From Holosporaceae bacterium (GTDB lineage Bacteria > Pseudomonadota > Alphaproteobacteria > UBA3830), in assembly GCA_031283965.1 (NCBI GenBank), contig JAITAU010000064.1:1-39378 (forward strand): a stretch of DNA of 39,378 nucleotides, written 5' to 3'. Below are positions 25,419 to 35,354 of the stretch, piece after piece (within the stretch, counting starts at the first letter, position 1; each line of letters begins with the position of its first letter). The translations under genes were made by a program, and so were the position numbers. The notes under the pieces are model-generated. The model ran no database searches. It saw only the letters and a list, made by a program, of their open reading frames with translations, and was not told the DNA's origin.

Positions 25419-27569
25419 CTATGGATTCAGTAGCCTATTCCACCATCCTTTTTTCTTCTCTCCGACGTGTTTTTTCTTGATGATCTCAGAGGGCTCTCCC
25501 TCCTTCGATCTGGCGGTGGCGGATATCTTCAGCACCGTCGGGATTAATCTTTTTTCGCTCTCCGCTCCATCTTCCTTCGGGGGCCCGGAATCCGCCGCCT
25601 GCTTTTCGTTCCATCTTTTTTTCTGTTGGATTTTCATGTCGACGCCGTAGGCGGGCTCGTCTTTTTTGGGTGACGTCATCGTCGCTTGATTTGATTCGGC
25701 CATTTTCGGCCTCCTTCTCAGATTCCCGCCATTTTGCAGCTCCACCAGCGAATCATCTACGACGGCATCCTGTGACTCTTCTCTCAAATTTCCTCTATTT
25801 TCCCCGCGCCGACGGCGACGGCGACCCCTTTTGGAAACCGGCGCCTCCGTTTCGCTAATTTTCCCCGGGGCATCGTCGGCGGCGACCATTTCCGACGCGA
25901 CTTCCATCGGCGCTGCGGACGATTTTCTGGAATTCGACGCTCTCTCCTTCTCTTCGGCATCCTCATCCGACTCCGGAAGTCGCTTGGTCAGCTGCTCTAT
26001 TTTGAAGTCGGTGTTGGCCACGTAGGGATCAATGTGGAATATTATTTTCAAATTGCGGCGCTTTTCGATGTCCGAGATGAAGGAACGCTTGTTATTCATG
26101 ATATAGAGAGCGACGGTGGTGGACAGCGTCACCTTTATCTCCTCATAATTGAAGGCCAAGCAGGCTTCTTCTATTTTGCGCAGCACCTGGATGGCCATGG
26201 ACTCCCCGGACCACATATAGCCGATGCCGTTGCAGTGGGGGCAGGGGATCATGTTGACGTCCACGATGCTAGATCGCAGCCGCTGTCGGGACATTTCCAG
26301 AAGACCGAAATTGCTTATGGATCCCACTTGAATTTTTGCCTTGTCGCTCCGCAGCGTCTCCCGCAGGCTTTTTTCCACCTGCTGATTGTCCTGCCGGTCA
26401 TCCATGTCTATGAAATCGACGACAATCAACCCGGCCAGATCCCGAAGACGGCACTGTCTGGCCACCTCGACGCTGGCCTCCAGGTTGGTTTTCAGGGCTG
26501 TGCCGGCCACATTGCGCTCGCGGATGGATCTACCGGAGTTAACGTCAATGGATATTAACGCTTCAGTGGTGTTGATCACCAGATAGCCGCCGGAGGGAAG
26601 ATCCACTCGTGTGGAGTATATTTGATTTATCTGATCATTTACGCCGAACTTATTGAACAGTGAAGACGTGGGGTCATTGTAGAGTTTCACGTTCTTGGCC
26701 TGGCGTGGCATTAGTTTCTTCACGAAATCCCTGGCGATTTTGTGGCCGCTCTCACCCTCCACGTAGATGGACTCGATGTCCGGTGAGTACAGATCCCGGA
26801 TCGCCCGTTTGATTATGCTGGCCTCCTCATAAATTAGGGCTGGAGCTTCGGATTTTAGGGTATTTTCCCGAATTTCATCCCAGAGTTTCATGAGATAGTC
26901 GAAATCCTTCTTAATTTCGGCCTTCGTGTGACCGATACCGGCTGTGCGGATGACGGCGCTTCCATTCTCAACCTTCAACTCAGCGACTATTTTCTTCAAT
27001 TTTTGACGATCTTTTGGGTTGGATACCTTGCGGGACACGCCACCTCCTTTGGCGGTGTTTGGCATCAGAACGCAGTAGCGACCGGCCAACGAGATATAGG
27101 TGGTCAAGGCGGCTCCTTTGTTGCCACGCTCCTCCTTCATCACCTGCACCAGCATGATCTGCCTTTTTTTGATGACCTCCTGTATCTTGTAGTGGCGATA
27201 GAACTGGTGTCGCAGTCGGGAGATCTCCCGTGGATCAACCTCCTCCTCGGATTCTCCATTTTCCGCCATCCGAGCGGCCATGGCGTTATGAAGATGCTCC
27301 TCAAGCTTCTGGCGATCCCCCACGGGAATCTGGAAATAGCTGTGATGTATCTCGCTGAACCCCAAGAAACCGTGCCGATCGCCACCGTAGTCCACGAAGG
27401 CCGCCTGCAGCGAGGGCTCTACCCTCACCACCTTCGCCAGATATATGTTTCCCCGAATCTGGGCCTTGGACGGCGTTTCAAAATCAAACCTATCTAGCTT
27501 GCCGTCATCGACGACAGCCACCCTGATCTCTTCCGCATGAGCGGAATCTATTAGCATATTTTTCGACAT
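25419..27569 (-). CDS. rne: Ribonuclease E
   Basis: Begins MLIDSAHAEEIRVAVVDDGKLDRFDFE...IRGNIYLAKVVRVEPSLQAAFVDYG (S1 domain). The catalytic region has VVDFIDM and CPHCNGIGY (Zn-link). The C-terminal tail is Arg-rich and acidic (RGRRRRRRGENRG). Confidence 0.93.
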   Translation of the reverse strand: MSKNMLIDSAHAEEIRVAVVDDGKLDRFDFETPSKAQIRGNIYLAKVVRVEPSLQAAFVDYGGDRHGFLGFSEIHHSYFQIPVGDRQKLEEHLHNAMAARMAENGESEEEVDPREISRLRHQFYRHYKIQEVIKKRQIMLVQVMKEERGNKGAALTTYISLAGRYCVLMPNTAKGGGVSRKVSNPKDRQKLKKIVAELKVENGSAVIRTAGIGHTKAEIKKDFDYLMKLWDEIRENTLKSEAPALIYEEASIIKRAIRDLYSPDIESIYVEGESGHKIARDFVKKLMPRQAKNVKLYNDPTSSLFNKFGVNDQINQIYSTRVDLPSGGYLVINTTEALISIDVNSGRSIRERNVAGTALKTNLEASVEVARQCRLRDLAGLIVVDFIDMDDRQDNQQVEKSLRETLRSDKAKIQVGSISNFGLLEMSRQRLRSSIVDVNMIPCPHCNGIGYMWSGESMAIQVLRKIEEACLAFNYEEIKVTLSTTVALYIMNNKRSFISDIEKRRNLKIIFHIDPYVANTDFKIEQLTKRLPESDEDAEEKERASNSRKSSAAPMEVASEMVAADDAPGKISETEAPVSKRGRRRRRRGENRGNLREESQDAVVDDSLVELQNGGNLRRRPKMAESNQATMTSPKKDEPAYGVDMKIQQKKRWNEKQAADSGPPKEDGAESEKRLIPTVLKISATARSKEGEPSEIIKKKHVGEKKKGWWNRLLNP

Positions 27570-27833
27570 TCTCTACTCCGTAAAAAATTTTCATCACGGG
27601 CGCAGGAAAGTGTCGCATGAACTTCTTCTTTCGATCAAGACGTCGAAACGACGTTAACGGGAGTGCAATCAATAAAACAACCCCCGCAGCCAATTTCTCC
27701 AGTATTTCATGAACCACACTTCAAACACGCCCGACCAAACAACGCACAACCCGGCGATGCAGGCGCAGGAAACCTTAAAAGTCTAACATAATCCTACGGA
27801 GGAGTAGTATAATGCACTACATGTTGCATGTAA

Positions 27834-28871
27834 ATGTTGTTATGGTCCGCAGAGGTAGTTGAATTAATGATGCTCAACTGGGGAATACGGTCGTTTTGCT
27901 GCCTGCTGTGTCTATGCCTGTGTGGCGTCGGCAACGTCCTGGATAAGACGTCTCCGGTGCAGCCAGTCAAGAGGATTTATCTAAAAAAAGAGCAGGAGAA
28001 TTTTTTGCTGTGCATAGATTTCAGCAAAGATGTGCGAACGACGCCGCGGATTCACAGGCTGTCGAATGGCGTCAAGATATTCCTCTCCTTCGACGAGCCC
28101 GTCGTTCTACCGCCGTCCAAAACCATAGGCCACCACCTCATCCGCGGGTGTTTTTTTGAGAAATTCAGTCCGGAATCGCTGATATTCGTCGCCTCCTTCA
28201 AGAAGGACGTCATCTTCACCGGAAAGGAGTTTTCCCAGCATTCGATAAAAATCGGATTTAGGATCAGCAAAAAACGCCTGATTGCCATAGACGCAGGCCA
28301 CGGCGGGGAGGATTCCGGAATGGAGAGCCTCACCGGAGACCATGAAAAAAACATCACTCTGGTCACCGCCGTTGAGCTGCGGAATCTGCTAATGAAGAAC
28401 GGAAAATACAACGTGGTTCTGGTTCGGGACAGCGATGTCACCATGCCCACACGGAGGAGGATCATCAGGGTAAACTCCCTGAGGCCCAAGGCGCTGATTT
28501 CCATACATACCAACTGCAGCAGCAGCGGCAGAAACGTCCGGGGAATCTCGGTCTATGCCCTTCCGCCCAAGGAAACCGACGAAAACGGCCGAAAGCAGAA
28601 TAATCACACAGTCGAGAAATCCAAGAGACTGGCTCGAGCCATCGTTGGCTATGTGCCCAAGATCTGCAGAAAGAGCAAACCACGCATGAACAGCGAACTA
28701 CTCATTCTGAAAAGCAAAGTCCCGGCTGTGCTCATGGAATTGGGCTGTGCCTCCGATCCCGCCGACAACGAATTGCTGCATTCGAAATCATTCCGTGAGA
28801 GAGTCTGCCGCGCCATTATGTATGCTCTGGACGGATTTTTTAAGAAGGAAAGTCATGAAACTGATATTTAG
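27834..28871 (+). CDS. amiC: N-acetylmuramoyl-L-alanine amidase (AmiC-like, with an AMIN-type N-domain)
   Basis: Has IAIDAGHGGEDSGM, ALISIHTN and VLMELGCASDPADNELL (Amidase_3 motifs), with a signal peptide upstream. The start may instead be ATG 27867. Confidence 0.88.
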   Translation: MLLWSAEVVELMMLNWGIRSFCCLLCLCLCGVGNVLDKTSPVQPVKRIYLKKEQENFLLCIDFSKDVRTTPRIHRLSNGVKIFLSFDEPVVLPPSKTIGHHLIRGCFFEKFSPESLIFVASFKKDVIFTGKEFSQHSIKIGFRISKKRLIAIDAGHGGEDSGMESLTGDHEKNITLVTAVELRNLLMKNGKYNVVLVRDSDVTMPTRRRIIRVNSLRPKALISIHTNCSSSGRNVRGISVYALPPKETDENGRKQNNHTVEKSKRLARAIVGYVPKICRKSKPRMNSELLILKSKVPAVLMELGCASDPADNELLHSKSFRERVCRAIMYALDGFFKKESHETDI

Positions 28872-31248
28872 ATGGATATGCTATCTTTTTTGCATGGCAA
28901 TGGCCGCCGTCGGAGTCGGCGCTGCGTCTCTGCTTCTGGTGTTGTACTTTCTGTCCGCCGAGCTACCGGACCACAATTCCGTGAAAAAGTACTCCCCAGA
29001 CGTGGCCAGTCGCGTCTTCCTCCAGGACGGTAGTAAGCTGTGCGAATACGCCAGCGAACGTCGATATTTCATTCCCGTCGACCGGATTCCGCAGAAATTG
29101 ATAGCCGCCTTCGTCGCCGCCGAGGATAAACACTTTTTCGAGCACGCCGGCGTGGATTTCTTGGGGATCCTGCGGTCGCTGGTCAGAAATCTCGAGAACA
29201 TCGGCACCGGCAAGCGTCCCCAGGGGGCCTCCACAATCACCCAGCAGGTGGCGCGGCTGTTTCTCATAAAGAACAGCAAGATTTCCTATATTCGAAAGAT
29301 CAAAGAGGCGATTTTATCCTTCAGGATAGAGTCCGTTCTCAGCAAGGCGCAGATTCTGGAGCTCTATCTGAACCATATTTATCTGGGGCTTGGGGCCTAC
29401 GGCGTGGCGGCGGCGGCGAATGTGTATTTCGATAAGACGGTGGACGAGCTGACCATCTCCGAGTGCTCCTACCTGGCTTCCCTGGCCAAGGGGGCCAACA
29501 ACTATCATCCCATCAAGCATAGGGAAAAGGCCATTTCCAGAAGAAATTGGGCCATCCAGCGACAACTGGATGACGGTTACATAACTCCGCGGGAGGCTCA
29601 GGAGGCCATGAGTGAAAATCTGAACATCGTGCGGCAGCCGCCACGGGAAACGGCCGAGTATTTTGCAGAAGAGATCCGCAAATATCTGATTGAAAAATTT
29701 TCCTTCGAGAGTCTCAACAAGGAGGGGCTTATAGTTAGAGGGACTTTGGACGCAAGACTTCAAAAATGCGCCCGTGACGCCCTCAAAAGAGGCCTGGAGA
29801 AAACGGACCGAGGTTTCGGCTGGCGCGGCCCTATTGGGCGAGTGGACGTTGGGAAAAACCCTACCGTTATCGCCGATGAGCTGCGTAAAATCGACTCTCC
29901 GGCCGGTTGCGAAGACTTCACCAGGGCCGTCGTTCTCTCCGTGGGGCGTCGCGGCGTTGCGACTCTGCTGACGGATGGCGGCGAGCGGGGTAATCTCGCC
30001 GAAGGTGACAAAAAATGGGCCGGAAAAATATCCGCCGGAGATGTGATCCTGGTGAAAAAATCCGAAAATTCGAAGGGAATTTTTTCCCTCAAGCAATTTC
30101 CACGAGTGCAGGGAGCGATTGTGGTGGTGGAGGTGGACACCGGTAGGATTCTGGCCATGCAGGGGGGATATTCCTTCAGACACAGCGAATTCAATCGCAC
30201 CACACAGGCGATGCGTCAGATTGGCTCCGCTTTCAAGCCCTTCGTCTATCTTGCCGGTCTCGAGAACGGCTTCGCCCCCAACTCCATCATCGACGCCAGT
30301 CCCATCGAAATCGATCTCGGAGAAAAACTAGGCGTCTGGAAGCCGAAAAACTACATGGGAAAAATCCTAGACAACGTCGTCTTCCGTCGCGCCCTCGAAA
30401 GATCCATAAACACCGCCACCGGTAGAATCGCTCAGGAGGTGGGCCTGGATAAAATCGCAAAAATCGCTCGGCAATTCGGGGTCTTTGAGAATATGCCGCA
30501 GCTGATTTCCTACGCTCTGGGCGCCGGCGAGACGACGTTGCTGAAGCTGACGACGGCCTACGCCATGCTGGCCAATGGCGGCCGGCGCATCTCCCCAACC
30601 ATGGTGGATTACGTCCAGGATAAATTGGGCAACGTCATATTCAAAAGCGATCAACGGGAGGCCGTCGACGCAGCGGATTTTACCGCCGAGAGCCCACCGA
30701 AGCTTAACGACGTGCGCCCGCAGATTCTGGACGAACAAAGCATTTATCAGATAGTGTCTCTGCTGGAGGGAGTCATGCTGCGGGGATCAGGGTCGTCCGC
30801 CGCCTTTCTGAAATTCCCCATCGCCGGGAAAACCGGCACCAGCAACGACAGTCGAGACGTTTGGTTCATCGGATGTACGCCGGATATTGCAGTCGGCGTA
30901 TTCGTGGGTTTCGACGACCATTCCAAATCATTGGGTAAGAACGCCAGCGGCTCCAGCGTGGCGCTGCCAATTTTTATAGATTTCATGCTTCAGGCGAAGG
31001 AATATCTCTCCCCGAAGCCGTTCAGAGTGCCCAAGGGCATTAATCTAAGAAAAATTGACGCAGAAACCGGAGAATCGCCGTCAAAGAACAGCAAAAGTAT
31101 CATTTTGGAGGCATTTAAAGAGGATGACGATTCGCCGGAAATCATCAGAATTCCCAAGAAAAAAAGCAGCATCCTGGAATTGTTCGAAGAAAAGAAGGAC
31201 GAACCGACGGCACCGGCGGCGATACAGCCGATTTTAGGGGTTTATTGA
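28855..31248 (+). CDS. mrcA: Penicillin-binding protein 1A (bifunctional glycosyltransferase/transpeptidase)
   Basis: GT51 motifs are AAEDKHFFEHAGVD and GASTITQQVARL. Transpeptidase motifs are SAFKPF and KTGTSND. I place the start at ATG 28855 (MKLIFRWICYLF.., a TM anchor), which overlaps the amiC end by 17 nt. The listed start at 28747 lies inside amiC. Confidence 0.93.
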   Translation: MKLIFRWICYLFCMAMAAVGVGAASLLLVLYFLSAELPDHNSVKKYSPDVASRVFLQDGSKLCEYASERRYFIPVDRIPQKLIAAFVAAEDKHFFEHAGVDFLGILRSLVRNLENIGTGKRPQGASTITQQVARLFLIKNSKISYIRKIKEAILSFRIESVLSKAQILELYLNHIYLGLGAYGVAAAANVYFDKTVDELTISECSYLASLAKGANNYHPIKHREKAISRRNWAIQRQLDDGYITPREAQEAMSENLNIVRQPPRETAEYFAEEIRKYLIEKFSFESLNKEGLIVRGTLDARLQKCARDALKRGLEKTDRGFGWRGPIGRVDVGKNPTVIADELRKIDSPAGCEDFTRAVVLSVGRRGVATLLTDGGERGNLAEGDKKWAGKISAGDVILVKKSENSKGIFSLKQFPRVQGAIVVVEVDTGRILAMQGGYSFRHSEFNRTTQAMRQIGSAFKPFVYLAGLENGFAPNSIIDASPIEIDLGEKLGVWKPKNYMGKILDNVVFRRALERSINTATGRIAQEVGLDKIAKIARQFGVFENMPQLISYALGAGETTLLKLTTAYAMLANGGRRISPTMVDYVQDKLGNVIFKSDQREAVDAADFTAESPPKLNDVRPQILDEQSIYQIVSLLEGVMLRGSGSSAAFLKFPIAGKTGTSNDSRDVWFIGCTPDIAVGVFVGFDDHSKSLGKNASGSSVALPIFIDFMLQAKEYLSPKPFRVPKGINLRKIDAETGESPSKNSKSIILEAFKEDDDSPEIIRIPKKKSSILELFEEKKDEPTAPAAIQPILGVY

Positions 31249-31261
31249 AGTAGATTCAAAG

Positions 31262-31444
31262 CTAGATGAAAAACAATGCGGCGATCATGGCGACGATTAC
31301 CAAGCCAATGGCGACCTTCGTCATCAGAATCTTTGTCGGCATTCTGTTGTCGTTCACGTGGGTGATCTCTATGTTAGAATATGACACGACGTCCTCTATC
31401 GAAAAGTACTTGGCCTCTTCGGCGGCGTTCCCTTCTGTATTCAT
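31262..31444 (-). CDS. Small hypothetical tail-anchored membrane protein (60 aa)
   Basis: Has an acidic N-terminus and a single C-terminal TM helix (KVAIGLVIVAMIAALFFI). It starts 23 nt after the bamD stop on the same strand, with AAAGG ~9 nt upstream of the ATG. I recognise no homologue. Confidence 0.35.
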   Translation of the reverse strand: MNTEGNAAEEAKYFSIEDVVSYSNIEITHVNDNRMPTKILMTKVAIGLVIVAMIAALFFI

Positions 31445-31467
31445 AGCAAAAAACCTTTACAAAATCG

Positions 31468-32253
31468 TTAAAAATTCCGAAGATCGCAAACGCTTCGCCC
31501 AGCGACCGACTTCGAACAGTTTTTCATCAATCCATCAGCCTTTTTCGTCCACTTGCTTTTTCCATGGGCCAGTTTCATGACGTCATACGTATTTTTCGCC
31601 TCTTCCATCAGCCCGATGAAAAGGCAGCATTCGATGATTCGGTAATAGGCCTCGGAGACGTGCTCGGTGTTTGGTAATTTATTCACCACAAAGTTATAGC
31701 GACCGATGGCGGACAGGGCGTTTTTGTCCCTCTGGTAGAATCTCCCGATGGCCATCTCATGAGCCGCTAGTAGATTGTCCAAAATCATCACCCTCTTCAC
31801 GCAATCAGCCCGATATATGGACTCCGGGAACTTGTTCAGCAGCTCCGTGAAGGCCTCCTTGGCGTCCAAAGCCAGCTGCGAATCCCGACCGACGGAGGCG
31901 ACCCGCATGTAGATGCAGATGGCCTTCAGATACATGGCGTACGGCACCAGCGGATGGGAGGGATGGTACCGGAGAAATACGTCGATTTCCCTTATGGCGT
32001 CAGGATAGCTGGAGGCGAGAAAGTGGCAATAGGCGGTTAGCACTTGGGCTTCGGAGGCTTTGGAGGAATACGGAAAAAGCGAATCCACATCGTTGAATTC
32101 CGAGGCAGCATCGGTGTATTCACCGGCCTTCAGCAGCGCATGAGCCTTTTTGTATATGCCATCGACGCTTCGATTCTTCAGAGGTTCCTTCTCGGCGGCG
32201 CAGCCCACGAGCAAAAATGACAGAAACAGACCGAAATAACGACGACAAAACAT
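31468..32253 (-). CDS. bamD: Outer-membrane protein assembly factor BamD (TPR lipoprotein)
   Basis: Has a lipobox (FLLVGCAA) and TPR-like repeats typical of BamD/YfiO (YKKAHALLKAGEYTDAASEFNDVDSLFPYS..AS.AQV..AYCHF; IGRFYQRDKNALSAIGRYNFVV). I prefer the internal ATG at 32253, since the listed 32346 start overlaps dut. Confidence 0.85.
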   Translation of the reverse strand: MFCRRYFGLFLSFLLVGCAAEKEPLKNRSVDGIYKKAHALLKAGEYTDAASEFNDVDSLFPYSSKASEAQVLTAYCHFLASSYPDAIREIDVFLRYHPSHPLVPYAMYLKAICIYMRVASVGRDSQLALDAKEAFTELLNKFPESIYRADCVKRVMILDNLLAAHEMAIGRFYQRDKNALSAIGRYNFVVNKLPNTEHVSEAYYRIIECCLFIGLMEEAKNTYDVMKLAHGKSKWTKKADGLMKNCSKSVAGRSVCDLRNF

Positions 32254-32260
32254 CACACAC

Positions 32261-32707
32261 CTACCTAATCCCGGTGGAACCGTACCCACCGCTTGATCTT
32301 GACGTTTCTTCCAGAGAATCCGCCTCTTCCCAGCCGACGGACTCATATTTACTTATCAGCAGCTGGGCGATTCTCATGCCGCGTTCTATCATAAAATCAT
32401 CGCCGAAGTTTACCAGCAAAACCTTCAATTCGCCTCTATAGTCGCTGTCCACTGTGCCAGGAGAGTTCAACACTGTGATCCCGTTCTTGTGGGCCAGGCC
32501 GGACCTGGAGCGAATATCGGCACAATAGCCGACCGGAAGTGCGATGGCAATGCCCGCTGGCACCAACGCCCGCTCATGTCGATGGAGCAGCAAGCTCCCG
32601 CCGATCGCCGCCCGCAGATCCATGGCGGCGCTGCCGGCGGTGGCGTAGGAGGGCAGATCCAAACCAACGCCATTCTCCAAAATTTTTACAGGAATCAGCA
32701 GCGTCAT
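32261..32707 (-). CDS. dut: dUTP diphosphatase
   Basis: Has GSAAMDLRA, RSGLAHKNGITVLNSPGTVDSDYRGELKVLLVN, RIAQLLI and GGYGSTG. Confidence 0.96.
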   Translation of the reverse strand: MTLLIPVKILENGVGLDLPSYATAGSAAMDLRAAIGGSLLLHRHERALVPAGIAIALPVGYCADIRSRSGLAHKNGITVLNSPGTVDSDYRGELKVLLVNFGDDFMIERGMRIAQLLISKYESVGWEEADSLEETSRSSGGYGSTGIR

Positions 32708-32715
32708 GGGTCCCT

Positions 32716-33366
32716 CTATTCTCCGTATTTTTCCTGAAGCTCTTTAAGGAACTTATCCATACCCACCTGACCTATCCGGCCGCAAATGTCTCTGTTCTGC
32801 GTTTTCCTCATGCCGATGTTTTGAATATTGACGTCCGTAATCATCCATTTCCCGTTAATGCTTTTCAGATGCCAAACGACATTGACCTCCTCCTTTCCGG
32901 GAATGGCGATCACGGAATAGACCATAACCCGCTGGCCGTTTTTCTTGGAATTGGAGATGGTGACGTTGGCATTTTTGTACTCCGAAAACTTCGAAGAGTA
33001 GACATGCACCAGCATATTACGGAAGTGTTTCAAGAAATCCGACCGTCGCGTTCCGCCGAGATCCTTATTGTGTCGACCAAGCACAAACGTACCGATCTCT
33101 TCGACGGCAAAGTACTCGTCCAGCAATTCCTTGAACTTGGCGCGCACCTTTTCCGACGTAACATTTGGGATAGCGATAGCGTCGAGGGCGGAGTGAACCA
33201 AATCATCGACCCGCTTCTCCGTCAACTGACACTCCGGATCAGAGTTTTTTTTCTGGAAGGTCGCTTTGGTCCCAGAATCTGCGGCAAAAATCGCCGAACC
33301 AACTCCACTAAACACCGCGAACAACAGGATAAAAGTACCGCAACAACGCATCTTAGGCATCCTCAT
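32716..33366 (-). CDS. mlaC: MlaC/Ttg2D-family periplasmic phospholipid-binding protein
   Basis: Has a signal peptide, then ...FKELLDEYFAVEEIGTFVLGRH...F..L.HVYSSKF..Y.........G.RV.V......P...EV.V.W.L......W.I.DV...G, the MlaC pattern as I recall it. Confidence 0.75.
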   Translation of the reverse strand: MRMPKMRCCGTFILLFAVFSGVGSAIFAADSGTKATFQKKNSDPECQLTEKRVDDLVHSALDAIAIPNVTSEKVRAKFKELLDEYFAVEEIGTFVLGRHNKDLGGTRRSDFLKHFRNMLVHVYSSKFSEYKNANVTISNSKKNGQRVMVYSVIAIPGKEEVNVVWHLKSINGKWMITDVNIQNIGMRKTQNRDICGRIGQVGMDKFLKELQEKYGE

Positions 33367-35074
33367 CTTTTTTCTGCTTTTTGGACTTTCCTATGGCAAC
33401 TCCCAATATGTCGCCGAGACTGGCGCCGCTGTCCGGCGACCCAAACTCCGCCATGGCCTGCTTTTCCTCTTCGATTTCCAGAGCTTTTATGGACAACTCT
33501 GCGTTCTTTTTGGATTTATCGATGGCAATGACCTTGGCGTCCACTTTCTCGCCGACGGCGAATCTGTCCATCCGTCGATCCTGGCGGTCCTTTGCCAGGT
33601 CGATTTTCTTGATGAACCCGGACCGTCCGTCGCCGAAGTTCACGTCGAGGCCGCCATCTCGAATGGCCGACACCACGCAGGTGACTACGGAACCTTTTTT
33701 GACGTCCACGGCGTCGGGAGCGGCGACGCTTCGAGCGTCCGGCGTCATTTGCTTAACTCCGAGGGAAATCCGACTTTTTTCCTGATCCACCTCCAGGACT
33801 TTCACCTTTATGGCGCCTCCAACCTTATACTTGGCCAGTTCTTCCTCCTTCGAGCCTTCCCAGCACAGGTCATTGATGTGAACCATGCCGTCGATGTCCT
33901 CAGTGATTCGGACGAACATCCCGAAGTCGGTGACATTTGTGATTGTGCTCTCGAAGACCAAGCCCACGGTGTAATCCCGAACGATCTGCTCCCAAGGATT
34001 TCCCTGGAGTTGTTTTATGCCGAGGCCGATGCGCCGCTTGGCCATGTCCACGTCCAACACCACCACCTCGATCTTCTCTCCAACTGTGGCGCTTTTGGAT
34101 GGATTTATATTCTTGCGCCAGCTGATTTCCGAGACATACACCAGTCCCTCCACGCCCTCCTTCAGCTCCACAAACAGTCCGTAGTCGGTGACGTTGGTGA
34201 CACGGCCATGCACCCGGGTGCCAACTTTAAATTCCACGTCGACGTTGTTCCATGGATCGTCGGTTAACTGTTTGAGGCCCAGTGAAATCCGCCGGGTTTC
34301 CCGGTTAAATTTGATGACCTTGACTTTAATCTCCTGGCCTGGAGTCAGCACCTCCGATGGATGATTCACCCTTTTCCAGGAGATATCTGTATTGTGCAAC
34401 AGCCCGTCTACCCCTCCGATGTCCACGAAGGCTCCGTAGTTGGTGACGTTTTTGACGACTCCGTCGATGGTCTGCCCCTCCGCCAGATTGGCGATGCTCT
34501 TGGCCTTCTCTTCGGCGTTCATACCCTCAAGAATTCCGCGCCGTGAGACCACGATGTTTTCCCGCACCTTGTCCACTTTCAGAATCAAAAACGGCTGGGC
34601 GATGCCAAAAAGCGCTCCAACATCCTTGACCGGTCGCACATCCACCTGACTGCCAGGCAGAAACGCGGTGACTCCATTGAGATCCACCACGAAACCACCC
34701 TTGATGCGGTTGAAGATGGTGCCGGTGACGCTGATTCCCTCCCGGAAAGCCTTCTCCAGGTCCACCCAGGCGGCGTCCCGAATGGCCTTCTCGCGGCTCA
34801 GCATGATCTCGCCATTTTTATTCTCATAGCGGTCGATGAAAACGTCGATTTTGTCTCCGACATTCAGCTCCGCACGTCGCCCTCCGCCGGCGAACTCCTC
34901 CAGAGGGATGCGACCCTCCGACTTAAGGCCGACGTCCACCACCACGAAATTATTATCCACATCTATTACTGTGCCCTTCACCACCTTGCCAGCCCAAGAA
35001 TTGGTTTTGCAGGTCTGCTCAAACAACTGCGCAAAACCGCCATCCTGAGGAACATTCAATCCATCCGACATCAA
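33353..35074 (-). CDS. rpsA: 30S ribosomal protein S1
   Basis: Six S1 repeats are visible (G.VV.G.V......G..VD.G.K.EG.I...E). AAGGAG lies upstream of the ATG. Confidence 0.97.
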   Translation of the reverse strand: MMSDGLNVPQDGGFAQLFEQTCKTNSWAGKVVKGTVIDVDNNFVVVDVGLKSEGRIPLEEFAGGGRRAELNVGDKIDVFIDRYENKNGEIMLSREKAIRDAAWVDLEKAFREGISVTGTIFNRIKGGFVVDLNGVTAFLPGSQVDVRPVKDVGALFGIAQPFLILKVDKVRENIVVSRRGILEGMNAEEKAKSIANLAEGQTIDGVVKNVTNYGAFVDIGGVDGLLHNTDISWKRVNHPSEVLTPGQEIKVKVIKFNRETRRISLGLKQLTDDPWNNVDVEFKVGTRVHGRVTNVTDYGLFVELKEGVEGLVYVSEISWRKNINPSKSATVGEKIEVVVLDVDMAKRRIGLGIKQLQGNPWEQIVRDYTVGLVFESTITNVTDFGMFVRITEDIDGMVHINDLCWEGSKEEELAKYKVGGAIKVKVLEVDQEKSRISLGVKQMTPDARSVAAPDAVDVKKGSVVTCVVSAIRDGGLDVNFGDGRSGFIKKIDLAKDRQDRRMDRFAVGEKVDAKVIAIDKSKKNAELSIKALEIEEEKQAMAEFGSPDSGASLGDILGVAIGKSKKQKKDEDA

Positions 35075-35146
35075 AACTCCTTTTTTTGATCTGCTATTGT
35101 AAACTGGGACCGAAAAAACATCTACCGCTGATATTTTTTGAAAAAA

Positions 35147-35272
35147 CTACCCCTGCCTCGCCTTAAAACGAGGATTGGTCTTATTTATTATGTAAACCCT
35201 GCCCTTGCGCCGCACAAGGCGACAATCCTTGTGTCTGGATCTCACGGTTTTTAGAGAATTCACAACCTTCAT
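35147..35272 (-). CDS. rpmJ: 50S ribosomal protein L36 (41 aa; below the ORF-track length cutoff)
   Basis: My own translation of the minus strand gives [41 protein letters not shown]. This is the alphaproteobacterial long-form L36 pattern (MKV.NSLK....[22 protein letters not shown]). GGGAG lies 8 nt upstream of the ATG. Confidence 0.93.
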   Translation of the reverse strand: MKVVNSLKTVRSRHKDCRLVRRKGRVYIINKTNPRFKARQG

Positions 35273-35354
35273 AAAAAAATCTCCCTTTCGCCCAGCATCT
35301 TTAAAACTTTTCTACGGAAAAGTCAATAGAAAAACTCGGGGGAATCCACAATTT

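Noticed and set aside
27800-27812. Perfect TATAAT (gtagTATAATgc) upstream of the amidase gene, considered as a promoter
   Set aside because: There is no acceptable -35 element at 16-18 nt spacing and no TGn extension. An isolated hexamer in AT-rich spacer DNA is weak evidence.
28747-28854. 36-codon N-terminal extension of the PBP1A ORF
   Set aside because: It lies inside the amidase gene in another frame. The internal ATG at 28855 yields the expected short cytoplasmic tail plus TM anchor.
29314-30203. 289- and 147-aa minus-strand ORFs
   Set aside because: They are antisense to the PBP1A gene and have no recognisable features.
32539-34267. 330- and 333-aa plus-strand ORFs
   Set aside because: They are antisense to dut/mlaC/rpsA, all of which have unambiguous homology. 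The products are low-complexity.
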